DNA of 64,000 nt, taken from contig NC_043021.1 in the NCBI RefSeq assembly GCF_006345805.1, forward strand, positions 12,090,001 to 12,154,000, in the 5' to 3' direction. The notes below the pieces were generated by a model, which was given only the letters and a program-made list of their open reading frames with translations, had not been told where the DNA came from and did not search any database. This DNA comes from Octopus sinensis (lineage: Eukaryota). This document shows positions 23,614-37,740 of the stretch, piece by piece. Within the stretch, counting starts at the first letter, position 1. Every line of letters starts with the position of its first letter. Position numbers and translations under genes: made by a program.

Positions 23614-24976
23614 TAAGTGGAGCAAGAACACAAACGAAAACGAAAACGAAAAGTGTTGCTGAAGAGGTCACAGATGTGTGATGAAAGATTTCCAGACAAT
23701 GGACATGAGTTAAAATGACAAAATAAGAACAGTAATAAATGAGTGAAGAAAAAACATATACAGTGCTTGTGTTTATTTGGCCCAAAAAATTAAAAGAAAA
23801 TGACCATTCTGAAATACAGCAACTTATAAATATATATATATATATATATGTATACACGTACACCAATATTTTAAACAATATATTGTTATAAGAAAATATT
23901 ACATCGTTATTGAAAGGAACAAATTTTTAGATTGTCTTTAATGAGAGGAAAAATAAACCAAAGGGATTGCCAATGAACTGGTGCATTGAACTATAAAAAA
24001 CATACCTTGTGGTATTTATTCTTTTTAAGTTATGTCCCTTAACATTATAGAAGGACTCTGCCATTCAATAAAGAGAGATCAATTAAGACTGGACAAAATA
24101 TTCTTTTCTACTCTAGGCACAAAGCCTGAAATTTTTTGGGAGGGCACCAGTTGATTAGAGTGACCCCAGTACACAATTAAAACTTAATTTATCGACCTCA
24201 AAAGGATGAAAGGCAAAGTCGACCTTCGTGGAATTTGAACTCAGAACATAAAGACAGACGAGATACTGCTAAGCATTTTGCCCGGCGTGCTAACATTCCT
24301 GCCACCTTGCCACCTTAAAGGCTGGACTGGACAAAATATTGTCATTGCCATAACTGGCTTGAAGGCAGTGTCCTAGCATAACCACAGTTCTAAGACTGAA
24401 ACCGATAAAATATCAAAATATTCTTCAAAAAAACAACATTTGGGACAAAAATATAGCAATTTTACAATTTTAAGACAAAATACAAAAATTATTTATCATT
24501 ATAATGGCCGGGTTCCAATCCAGGCCAAAATACAAAAGCCAACAAAATAATTCTTACAATTATAAATTTTGTTTCGTAGGTTGGTTCTTAAAAAATAGAA
24601 TTGAGGAATTTTTTTAGAAAAATATTGAGCATTAACAAAATAAGAAGAAAATAAAGCAAAAACAGAAAAATGTATTTTAATGTCTTGTTTGTAGGTATTA
24701 CAATTGAAAAAATAACTCTTTTTCCAGGAATGTAAATCATCATCAACATCATCATCATCATCAACATGGTTTTTATGTTTTGTTAATTTTTTTTTTTGTT
24801 CTTCATGCTGTTATGGTTTTTTTAATTTTTTTTATTAGAGATGGTAATCTATGCCTGGAAGCTTTTCCTGTCACACAATGAATTTTTGAAATAATTTATT
24901 TATTTCATCCTGCTGCTTGTATAAGTATAAATATATATCTCTAAGATTTATTGAGGCACATGAAACAAGCATGCAT

Positions 24977-25007
<31 letters not shown>

Positions 25008-26059
25008 TATTCATACACACACACACACACACATCAAACATTCTGATGATGGCTTAGCTAGCCGAAATTTCAAAGTCTCCAATACTATTCATGTCAAAGA
25101 ATAATAAATTTATACTCTACCAAATGTATTGAGTAATCCTTCAATTTAATATAAAATTGTTTTTATTATAACATAAAACAAACATTAATACACACTCACA
25201 CATGCACATACATACATATATACACATATGCATAAGTATTTACATATATATACATGTATATATCCATATACATACATATATGACTGTGATAAAAGTTCAC
25301 TGTTGCCATCATACATTTTTGGAATACCAACAATGTAACTGAACAAGAGGTCACAATGGATGTGAGAGTTAGAAGCTTGATACCTTTTCATAACAACAGG
25401 ATAAAATCTTGATTAAATGAGGGTATTACTATGTGGTCATTATACCAGCTGGAGATAGCAGCCAAATAACACCCTGCCATCTTTAAAATAAAGGCTGCTT
25501 TTTTTGTTTGTTTTGTTTTATGGCTTATTCAAATAAAGAAAGGGGTATCAATGAATGACCCCTTTCAGGGAATCTGAGACAGTTTAGAGGAAGTTATTCT
25601 CAAACTGAAGACCAAGTCCGAATGTCTACACAAAATAAAATAAAATAAAATGAAAAGACAGGATGGCCATGGTCAGAATGCCTTTGATTATAGGATAACT
25701 TATTCAGAACTGACCTGCAACCACTAATGTAGCTAGAGTGTATGTCACCTGGGGCCACCCTTCCATTTGCCATCCCTGGACCCCACAAAAAAAATGCATA
25801 TTGCTTACAGCAGACCCAAAAGTGCTGCCTCCCCACTAGCACCTGCAACTAAACAGTAATAACATTCTTAGGGCTGTATACAAAGACTGAAATGGGTTTT
25901 CAAATGGAATCAAAATTGGGTTATCTTATATCTTCTTTTAGTTTCGGTCATTAGACACCTGTCGAAGGTGACAGACAGTGGGACTGAACCAAGAACCATG
26001 AGGTTGGGAAGCAAGCTTCTTACCACACAGCCATCCCTGCACCTTATCTTTTATATATA

Positions 26060-26465
26060 CTCTTATACTCTTTCATTTGTTTCAGTCATTTGACTGTGGC
26101 CATGCTGGAGCATCGCGTTTTGTCGAGCAAATTAACCCCGGGACTTATTCTTTTGAAGCTTAGTACTTATTCTATCAGTCTCTTTTGCCGAACCGCTAAG
26201 TTACGGTGACGTATACCACACCACCATCAGTTGTCAAGCGATGTTTGGGAGGACAAACACAGACACACACACACACATATACATATATATATATATATAT
26301 ATGGCAGGCTTCTTTCAATTTCCATCTACCAAATCCACTCACAAGACTTTGGTCGGCCCGAGGCTATAGTAGAAGACACTTGCCCAAGGTCCACGCAGTT
26401 GGAATGAACCCAGAACCATGTGGTTGGCAAGCAAGCTACTTACCACACAGCCACTCCTATGCCTA
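26060..26465 (-). mobile_element. Family B CORE-type SINE
   Basis: Full reverse-complement copy. Confidence 0.85.
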
Positions 26466-26466
26466 T

Positions 26467-26518
<52 letters not shown>

Positions 26519-27457
26519 CATATATATCAAAAGGATGTGTTATAGTACTATTACACAGCCACACCAACAATCCAACATACCTCCATATACATATATACGC
26601 ACATATACACATATCCATGTCTGCATGTATTTGTGTCTACTGGTCACATAATACTTTTCAAATGAGTACCACCATCATATAAGTAGTGTTATTTGTTTCC
26701 AGTCTTCTGTGAAAGCATGTTCAGTCATGCGGAAACATTTAATTTACTTGGAAACAGGCGTGGGTTGGCCAGAAAGGCATATATAATGATAAAATGTCTG
26801 CCTCAACAAAGCATGTTTGATGCATGCAAGCATGAAAAAGCAGATGTTAATAAATAAATAAATAAGTTTTCAAATGGTTTAATTAAAATGAAATTAAATC
26901 ATTAAAAGTTTTTACTTTCCTTTTTGCTGTAGATAATTAGGTATCTATTCTAGCTAAATCTTGTAACACATGTAATGCTATATTTATTTTTACAAGATAT
27001 ATTTTTGATTGATAGGAAGGTTCAAAGTGACACAAATGCAAGGAGTTTCATAAATGGCATTTACTGTACTGCCTCAAAATCTTGTGAGTCTGCTTTTATA
27101 TAGATTGGCCTATAATTAACTCTGGATTGTTTGAGAAAAAAAATTAAAATTGAAAGACTACTTGAATAATATATATTTTTTGGCAAATTGTCTGCTTGTT
27201 GAGAAATTCAGTAAATGAATAAATAAAAAATGGTAATAAAAATAAATTAAAAGGAATGGACTTTACACACACACACAAACTACAAATATGGGTGCAGGTG
27301 TGGCTGTCTGGTAAGACACTTGCTTCTCAACCACATGGTTTCAGGTTCAGTCCTACTGTGTGGCATCTTGGGAAGTGCCTTCTACAGCCTGAGGTGGACC
27401 AAAGCCTGGTGAGAGGATTTGGTATATAGAAACTGAAAAAAGCCCATTTTGTATATG

Positions 27458-27491
<34 letters not shown>

Positions 27492-27799
27492 CATATAGAT
27501 ATGTGTGTGTCATTGTGTCTGTCACCCAACTGGTGTTGGTGTGTTTACATCCCCGTAATCTAGCAGTTAGGCAGAAGGGACTGATAGAATAAATACCCGG
27601 CTTTAAAAAAAAGAAAAGAAGAACAGGGGGCGATTTACTTGGATAAAAGATAAACAAATATACCCATATGTATGCACATGTATGGGTATATTTACAATAT
27701 AATGATATCATCTCAGAAATGAAGCTGCATAGCCTAGTGGTTAGAGTGTTTATCTCAAAAGAGCATATATAATTATAACCATAAATGAAAACTACACAG

Positions 27800-28200
27800 C
27801 AGGAGTGGCTGTATGGTAAGTCACTTGCTTACCAACCACATGGTTCTGAGTTCAGTCCCACTGTGTGGCACCTTGGGCAAGTGTCTTCTACTATAGCCTC
27901 GGGCCAACCAAAGCCTTGTGAGTGGATTTGATAGATGGAAACTGAAAGAAGCCCGTCGTATATATGTATGTATATATATGCGTTTGTGTGTCTGTGTTTG
28001 TCCCCCTAGCATTGCTTGACAACCGATGCTGGTTTGTTTATGTCCCCGTTACTTAGCGGTTCGGCAAAAAGAGACTGATAGAATAAGTACCGGGCTTACA
28101 AAAGAATGAGTCCCGGGGTCGAGTTGCTTGATTAAAGGCGGTGCTCCAGCATGGCCGCAGTCAAATGACTGAAACAAGTAAAAGAGAGAGAGAGAGAGAG
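27800..28200 (+). mobile_element. Family B CORE-type SINE
   Basis: Full copy from CAGGAGTGGCTG to GAAACAAGTAAAAGAG. Confidence 0.85.
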
Positions 28201-29751
28201 AGTAAAATATTGATTTCATAGTTAAACAGACACACACTCCAGAAAACAGACACACACTCACTAAAATTCCACTATGGCTGGAAGTCATGTTTAGATAGAG
28301 TTCTGCTTAATCAAGGTTGACCTAAAGCTTAACAACAACAGCAACAGCAAATTACACCAAATTGCAATGAAACCATAATTTCTTTTATATTTATCCAATG
28401 CAAATGAGAATCAGCAGGAAGCTGTTGTCCAAAGGTTTCAATGGCATTTACAGGCACCTCAAGGTTTACATTCCAGAAGCAGTGCTTAGGAAAGCAATCA
28501 TGGTTATTTGAGTAATTATATCTTTTATATATTGTTTGTCAGCCTTTACTGTTTCTGTAGTCTTTCGCAGATATTTTTGCATAAAGGTCAATCTATGAAA
28601 ATTGGCATAAAAAAAAACCAATTGTTCTTCCCCAAATAAAAAATGGAGAAGAGAGTTTCTAAGTGGTCATTTGACCAGATAGAGATAGTAACCAAATCTT
28701 CAAATCATTCTCTATCTTCTTCACTTTTTTGATGTCAACCCTGCCAGAAATTGCCCCTTAATCCTGCCTAAAACTGCCCCTCAACCCTTGCCTGAAACTG
28801 CCCCTTAACCATACCTGAAACTATCCCTGGTTCCATAATGCATACTTCCAGTTTTTAACTAAACAAAATTCTCTCATAAAAATTTCATGTCATTTTGAAC
28901 CCCATCTTAAGAATGACAAAGTTATCTTCATAAATTCTTCAATACTTTTAAAAATAAGCAGTGTATTTCATTAGAAATATAGCATCAAAGGATTGAAGAA
29001 GAAGAAAAGGATGACTTGCACCATGTATTGTGCAATATATACACATATATCAGTGCAGGTGCAACTTAAAAGCACCTGGTTCACACTGTAAAGTAGTTGG
29101 AGTTTGGAAGGGCATCCAGCTGTAAAAACCTTGCCAAGACTGACCGCAGCTGTGCTTGTGCCATGTAAAAAGCACTACCCACCTCGCCTGTGCTTGTGCC
29201 ATGAAAAATACACTAAGTCACTCTTCTGAGTGGTTGGTGTTAGGAAGGGCATCCAGCAGTAAAAATCCTGCCAAAACAGTCACAGAAGTCTGGTGCAGGC
29301 TCTTGTGAAACCCTCTCACCCATGCTAGCATGGAAAGCTGACATTAGATGATATATATATATATATATAAAGTTTTTACTTGTTTCAGTCATTTGACTGT
29401 GGCCATACTGGAGCACTGCATTTAGTTGAGCAAATCAACCCCAGGACTTATTCTTTGTAAGCCTACTACTTATTCCATCAGTCTCTTTTTGCCGAACCGC
29501 TAAGTTACGGGGACATAAACACACCAGCATCGGTTGTCAAGTGATGCTGAGGGGACAAACACAGAAGCAAACATATAAATGTATATAATGTACATATATA
29601 TATTTATATATGTCCACTCCACATACGCACATCAGCAACATTCAAAATATTGAATACAAGGTAAGTCTACATTAATTCCTATATTTATTATGATTTGCCT
29701 TGCATTTACTTTGCACTGCTCTGGCATTAGGCATTACCCACGATCCTGTAT

Positions 29752-29791
<40 letters not shown>

Positions 29792-30150
29792 CGACCCCAG
29801 TGCATAACTGGTACTTATTTAATCGACCCCAAAAGTATGAAAGGCAAAGTCAACCTCGGCAGAATTTGAACTCAGAACTTAGTGGCAGCCGAAATACCGC
29901 TAAGCATTTTGCCTGGCACAGAAGCCAGTCAAGGCGGCACTTGTATCAGCCACATTTGGATGGTGCTTTTTTATGTGCCACCGGCATGGGTATCACAACT
30001 ACAATTTCCATTGATTTTTATTTTGATGTTGATGTACTTGACTCAATATGTCGTCCTATGATCCAAGGTACTTTTGAATGGGCTGGGGTTGGTTATGCAA
30101 AACTGGTGTAGGATACAGCCATGAACTCACTTTATTTGTCGGGTTTTCGC

Positions 30151-30233
30151 AGTCACAGCATATCTCCAGAGGTCTCGGTATTTTGTCATTGCCTCTGTGA
30201 AAAAACCGAGACCTCTGGAGATATGCTGTGACT
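30151..30233. repeat. Perfect 29-bp inverted repeat with 25-nt loop
   Basis: AGTCACAGCATATCTCCAGAGGTCTCGGT (30151-30179) and its exact reverse complement (30205-30233). Confidence 0.95.
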
Positions 30234-31499
30234 ACGAAGCAGCACATAATTTGAAAAACATCTTGGATAAAAAAAATTCACTGCGGAGAAACTTTTTAAA
30301 CATCCTATATTTTTTTAAACTCACACATTACAAGGCAAGAAAGCAACCAGCAACAGAACAGGTCATAAGCAAATAATATCTTGGGAGTTAAAAAGACAAA
30401 AATGTATTTAAAAATTTTTTTAATGATTTAATTAAAGTCGCTGTCATTTATACATACAGGCTTGTTCTTTACAGGTGCCAGTTCCACATAAGATGTACTC
30501 GTGCCGGTGCTGTGTAAATGCACCCATACCAGTGACACGTAAATGGCACCCAGCATACACTGTAAAGTTGTTGGCATTAGGAAGAGCATCCAGTCATAGA
30601 AACCATGTCACAACAGACAATTGGAATATGGACAGCTCCTTAGCTGGCCATCCCCTTTCAAACCATCCAACTCATACCAGTATGGAAAATGGATGTTAAA
30701 TGTTGATGAATTTGATTTTAATTAAGTCATTTGAAAAACTTCAAATTTATTTATTTACTAATTTAAAAGCTGCCCTGTTGGGCGGCTTTTAAGCTAGTAC
30801 ATAGCTTTTAAGCAACTGACCCCAAATGTTTTGAAGAATTTGTTGCAATTGCTTCCTGCCAATGACGATCATATTTGTCACAAAAAAAAATTCCCCAAAA
30901 ATAATCGCTGGGTTTCGCAATTAATATCAATTATTCTCCAGATTTATTTCCAAGTTATAAAAATTGTTATCGCACAAAAAAAATTTGTCGCAAAAAATCA
31001 TGTAAAAAAATTGCCAAAAACAATCACAGTAATGAAAACTTGGGAATCCAAAATTTCAGGATTGCGGGTCTGGATTTGGCCCGGAATGCTTTTTAATTTA
31101 CTCATGGAGTCGGCCTGATTCCAAAATGGTATGATATGTTGGGTGATGGCCTCTAGGAGTAAAATTGAAAAAGTTTAACACACTGACATTTGCATTTATT
31201 ATATTAGATGTATAAACACCTGCTTTTCCATGCTTGCATGCATCAAACACAATTTGTTAAGGCAGATATTTTATGATTATATATGCCCTTGTTGACAACT
31301 AACATCTGTGTCCGAGTAATGTAAATATTTACCCATGACTGGATATGTTTCCATGGAAGACTGGAAACAACACTGCTTATATGATAGTGGCACTCAACTG
31401 AAACTATCATGTGACCAGTAAACACAAACACATGGATATGAGTGTGTGTGTGTATATGTATACATGTTTATATATATATATATATATGGCCACAGCTCA

Positions 31500-31571
31500 T
31501 AAGCTGAAACTAGAATCAATCAATCAATCATATATATATATATATGCATGTATATATATATTATATGTATG

Positions 31572-31607
<36 letters not shown>

Positions 31608-31723
31608 ATATGTATGTATATAATATATATGTATGATATATATATAGTATGTATATATATATATATGTATGTAATATATATATATGTATGTATATATATA
31701 TGTATGTATGTTATGTATGTATG

Positions 31724-31774
<51 letters not shown>

Positions 31775-31815
31775 ATATATACACACACACATATATATGT
31801 ATATATATATATATG
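31500..31815. repeat. (TA)n/(TATG)n microsatellite
   Basis: Visible. Confidence 0.95.
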
Positions 31816-34800
31816 GGCTAATGTGGCTATTTCTCTGTAGAATGAAAAAATTGAGGAACAGCCTTAATCAATTTTCTAACCTTATTGAGCTCTTATCAGT
31901 GGTGTTTACGTGGTGTTTACATCAATTTCACTAATCCCAGAGAAGCAAGCAGCCAATTTGTTTATTTACTCAACAAATGAAGTAGCCACAGAGAACTAGG
32001 GCCACTAGTGTGCATACTGTGTTAACATTTTATTTAATATTAAGGCCCAATGCCAGAAGCTTCTTTCAGTTTCCATCCACCAAATCCACTTACATGGTTG
32101 GTCCTGGACTATAAAAGAAACTAACCCAAGGTGTATGCCACAGGAGTGGACTCTAAACCATGTGAATATTACTAAATATATGAAAGAGTATTATCATTGC
32201 CTTGTTATATTCCTCCATTTCTTTAAAAATAATTTATACATATTGTTTCTTTGTATAAGCAATATAAAATGCTTGTCCGTCACATATATGTATATATTTA
32301 TGTATGTGTCTTTGTGTATGTGTTTGTCTCCACCACCATCGCTTGACAATTGGTGTTGGTGTGTTTACATTCCTGTAACTTAGTGATTCAGCAAAAGAAA
32401 CTGATAGACTAAGTACTAGGCTTACAAAGAGTAAATCCTGAGGTTGATTTCAACTGGAAAAAAAAACCCTTTAAGGCAGTGCTCCAATATGGCTGCAGTC
32501 AAATGATTATCTTTATATGTAAAGCACAATATGTTATACATGTATATATATTCTTGTAATTGTCATTTTAGTAAATAAATAAGTTGACATAATATGTCTA
32601 AAAGTTGATGAACCACCTATTGATCCCCTCCATTTTCTTATTGCTCTGTGTATGTATGTATATATATGTGTATGTATGTATGTATATATATATATACATA
32701 TATATATACATACATACATACATACACATATTCATTTGATAGTTTTATATTCATTTTTCCATGCTAGCATCTGTTAGGGGAATATGTATTTGTGAGACAT
32801 TGTTTTTGCAACTGGGTGATCTACCTGTCAGTATCTCTTACCTGTTTTCCAAATAAGGGAGTTTTCGTTCCATTCGTCTTTGAAAGTACAGAGCTACTGA
32901 AAGATTTTTTCCACAAGTTAGTGTCAACAAAAGGCACCGGCCGTAGCTCAGTGATATTTTTCGAGAAAATATAATGTAAACATTTATAAGACACACTCAT
33001 GCATACTCACACATGTACACATATATCTGTGCCGGCACCGTGTAAAGAACACCCATGCCAGTGCCATATAGAAGACACCCAGTACATTCTGTAAAGTGGT
33101 TGGCAGTAGGAAGGGCATCCAGTCATAGAAACCATAGCAAAACAGGTGACTGGGGCCTGTTGCAGCTTCCTAGGTCCTGTCAAACCATCCAACCCATGCC
33201 AGCTTGGAAAACGGACATTAAATGATGATATGGATCTATTACATCTTGGGGTCTCGTTATTGTAAGTTGTCCTTCATTCTCATTAGGCTGGACTTGTTAA
33301 AGGGCCCATGGTTTATGACGGGTTTTGTTGCATGTATTATTACATATATTGATACTGTATGACTGTCTTTATTGGTATTTTTATTATGCTGGGAAAATAT
33401 TTAAGAGATTTTTGAGTTTTGGGAGGTTCTGTGGCATGCATACATGTATGCATATGCATATCTCAGTAAATACATATAAAGCAGACACAGAAATCTGGTG
33501 CAGAATTCCACCTGGCCAGCTCCTGTCAAACTGTCCAACCCATGCCAGCATGGAAAGAGGATGTTAAACGATGACGACGACGATAATCTACATATATGTA
33601 TGAGTGAATATGACAGACTTTGTATAACTTCTGTTGAGCGAATTCACCAAATTCACTAATAAAGAATGGGTTGGCTGGGGCTATAGTAGAAGACATTTGC
33701 CCTATATTATGCAATTAGTAAATCTGCTAAAAATAGCAGTCAAATCCCCTTCAAATTATACAACTGATCTGCCTTACAAAAAAATAAAAATAAAAAGGCA
33801 GGCAATGGGCACATAGGATAATGTAGACCTGGATAATGTATGACAAAAATAGAGAACAGGGTGGTGAGCATCTGAACTCATTTTACCTGAAGTTAATTGG
33901 AGAAAAATTCATTTGGAACAGGCACAACAATAAGAACATATTATTACTATTACGGCAGGTGAACAAAAATAACTCAGAGGCCCAATCATTAAAATATGAA
34001 AGAATATAAATAGAAGCACATGTAGTAGAATAAAAATAAAGACATTATATGGACAATTTTAATACATCAAATTTAACCATGGAATGAACTGTGTTTTGGA
34101 CAACTGACAATGGAAAATGAAAAAAGGGGTCATTGAAAAGATAGTTTTCTTTTTCTTCTTTATTCTTCTTTCATTTTTTTTTATATATAAATTCAATTTT
34201 AAAAATGAACTGATTTGATCTGATTTTAAATTAGAAAAATAATTTTAAGCAAAGCACAATAGATGAATAAAACTCTTGATTTTTTTGCACCCTTACCTCC
34301 CATGCCCCATCTCACTCCAGAGATTAGGTTAAGGGCCATATGGTTTTGATTTGTGGATAGGACGGGGCAGTGAATGAGTGTGTGTGTACATATGTGTGTG
34401 TGAGGGGCGGTAACGTTTAATGAAATGTTATGGTTAGCATAACATCTCAAATTAAGCTAACGAATGAGTAACACTAGAATTTAGTAACCATGTCCTTCCT
34501 TTGATGTACTAAACAGTATAGCACAGTAAAGAGGGTTTTTTTTTTTTAGAACAACATCAGCAACTGCATTGTCACACTTGGCACTTACTCTCTGCTGATA
34601 TACAAGCCTTTTTTGCCAGTACCAGCATTTATGAGCAAGGGAGCAAAGTTTAATGACAATTTTAGAAGAGAAATGCTTTTTAATTGTTCTTTAATTCACA
34701 ACCTTATTCTGCTACCCACCCTCATGATTGACAGAATGTTGTCTCGCCCACTTTACATTTCTAAAAAGTTGGTAATTCTGATTAGAAATTTCACTTTTTG

Positions 34801-35274
34801 ATGATCTGTGGTTTACTCAACAGGACACTGCTCGCTTCCGTATTTTGTAAACCTGATGAGTTGAGAACTGCATAACGTATTACATAATTTTATGGATGTT
34901 GTGCATACTGCATACGTAACTGTGCCATGTTCACATCACAATAAAAACTTTTGTGGCAGTACCAGAAACCTCAATCATCTGTATTTATGTGCGCACACAC
35001 ACACACACAGGTGATCCAGCATGGCCACAGCCTCTGGTATGAAACCAGCAAAAGAACATATATAACAGTTTGTGAAGACATTTTTTGGCTTTAATAAATA
35101 GCATGAGTATGTGTGTGTATGTGTGTGTGTATGCATAAAGTTCCAGTGATAGTGGAATAAATTTAGACATCTTTACCTTCTCATCCTACACATTTATACA
35201 CACACTTCATCTGAAATTAGTTTGGCGCCTGAGATAGGGAGTGTGTGTGTAGGGAGGATAATCAATATTAATTT

Positions 35275-36701
35275 CTTTGAAGGCACAAGGCCTGGAATTT
35301 TAAAGGAGAGGACTAGTTGATTAAATTGACCCCAATGCTTGACTGGTGCTTATTTCATCAAACCCCAAAAGATGAAAGGCAGTGTGAACATGATGGAATA
35401 TGAACTCAGAACATAAAGACAGACAAAATGTCAAGCAATTTGCCAGTGTGCTTAACAATTCTGCCAGCTTGCCACCTTAATAATAATAATAATAATAATA
35501 TAACAATAATAATAGTTTCGAATTTTGGCACAAGGCCTGCAATTTCAGGAGAGAGATAAGTCAATTACATCAACCTCAGTTCTCAAATCGTACTTATTTT
35601 ATCAAAACAAAAGGGATGAAAGGAAAAGTTGACTTTGGTGGAATTTGAACGCAGAATGTAAAGATGGATGAAATGCCACAAAGCATTTTGCCCAGCATGC
35701 TAATGATTCTGCCAGCTCACCACCTTTAGAACAACAACAATAATAATAATAATAATAATAATCCTTACTACTAAAGGCACAAGGCCTGAAATTTAGCGGG
35801 AGGGAGTAAGTTGATTACACTGACCCCAGTACTCAACGAGTACTTAATTTATTGACCTCCAAAAGGAAAAAAGGTAAAGCTGACCTCGGCAGAATTTGAA
35901 CTCGGAATGTAATGATGGATGAAATGCCACTAAGCATCTTGAACCAACCACTCAACAACATCTTAGCATAATAACTATTACTTTCTCCTACCTCATGTTG
36001 TTAACACTTCCTTCTTCCTCTTTCTCTTCGTTTTAACCTTCAACTAATCGTGTGACTGCAACGTATTTCAGCCATAGTGTTTTAATAATAATAATAATAA
36101 AGGTTTGAAATTTTGGCACCTCCTCTGAAGGGAGGTGGAAGTTGATTACATCAACCCCAGTACTTGATTGGTGATTATTTTATTGACCCTGAAAGGATGG
36201 AAGGCAAAGTATAACTTAGGCACAAGGCTAGCAACTTCGAAGGGTGCAAGTTGGTCGATACTACCAACATCAGTTCTTGATTGGTAATTTATTTTATTGA
36301 CATTTGAGGGGTAAAAATCAAAGTCAACCCCAGTGGGAATTGAATCTCAGAAGGTTAAAAAAAAGCAGAACAAATACTGCAACTCTAGCACTATCAACTC
36401 TGCCAGCTTGCTTGCTACCTTTAAATAATATTGGCGTTTGACTTAGCCACAAAGCCAGCAATTTTGAGGAGAGGGGGGGAATTGTCAATGCTATGGACAA
36501 CAATACTTGCCCTTGGCAGAAGCTGAATTCAGAAAATAAAGAATTGGAAGAAATATCACAATGCACTTTTTTCCGATGCTCTACCAGCTATGCAACAATA
36601 AGGGAGTGGATGGAGTTGATTAAATCAGTCCCCAATATTTGACTGGTACTTATTTTCTTGAGCTTGCAAGCAAAAAAGGCAAAAATGATCTTGGCTAGAT
36701 T

Positions 36702-36744
<43 letters not shown>

Positions 36745-37197
36745 TGATAATAATAATAAAAATGAAAATAATAATAATGATGATGGTGATGATTATAATA
36801 ATAATAATCTTTTCTACTAAAGGCACAAGGCCTGAGATTTTGGCAGAAGGAACTAGTTGATTATATTGACCCCAGTATTCAACTGGTACTTATCTTATTG
36901 ATCCCAAAAGGATGGAAAATTTAAGTCAAACTCAGCAGAATTTGAAAATAATAATAATAATAATAATAGTAATAATAACAATAATCCTTTCTACTAAAGG
37001 CACAAGGCCAGAAATTTAGGGGTGGAGAGGGGACTAGTTGATTACACTGGTACTTAGTTTCATCCTGAAAGGATGAAAAACAAAGTTGACCTTGGCAGAA
37101 TTTGAACTCAGAACCCTAAAGACAGATGAAATGCCACTATGCATTTCACCTGGCCTGCTAACTATTCTGCTAGCCCACTGCCTTAATAATAATAATG

Positions 37198-37229
<32 letters not shown>

Positions 37230-37471
37230 TATAATAATTTTTTTTCTCTTTCTACTCTAGGCACAGGGCTCGGAATTTTGAGGGAGGAGGCCAGTCAATT
37301 AGATCGACCCCCAGTACGCAACTGGTACTTATTTAATCGACCCCGAAAGGATGAAAGGCAAATTTGAACTCAGAACGTAGCAGCAGATGAAATACCACTG
37401 AGCATTTTGCCTGGCGTGCTAATGTTTCTGCCAGCTCACCCCAGTAACAATTCTGCCAAATTGCAGATAAA

Positions 37472-37509
<38 letters not shown>

Positions 37510-37655
37510 TGATGATGATGATGATATTGGTTTCAAATTTTGGCACAAGGCCAGCAATTTAAGAGGAGGATTTAAGTTGATTACATTGACCCCAGTGCTC
37601 GACTGGTACTTATTTTATCGACCCCAAAAGGATGAAAGGTAAAGTCGACCTTGGT
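35275..37655 (-). mobile_element. Co-oriented cluster of about 11 family A (tail A2) SINE copies separated by (AAT)n/(GAT)n
   Basis: Recurring AAGGCACAAGGCC...GACCCCAG...GGATGAAAGG...GAATTTGAACTCAGAA, all on the minus strand. Confidence 0.85.
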
Positions 37656-37740
37656 ATAATAATAATAATATGATGATGATGATGATGATGATATTAACAA
37701 CAACAATATATCATCATTTCTTGTGTAAGAAGCTGCATGT

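Noticed and set aside
34546-34801. 74-codon open plus-strand frame after a poly-T acceptor
   Set aside because: Unnatural peptide, would need a ~45-nt intron, and conflicts with other candidate exons in the same sequence
35275-37655. Regularly spaced repeats that superficially resemble a CRISPR array (also the MITE arrays)
   Set aside because: Eukaryotic SINE/MITE units of 130-230 bp, spacers are microsatellites, and no cas genes
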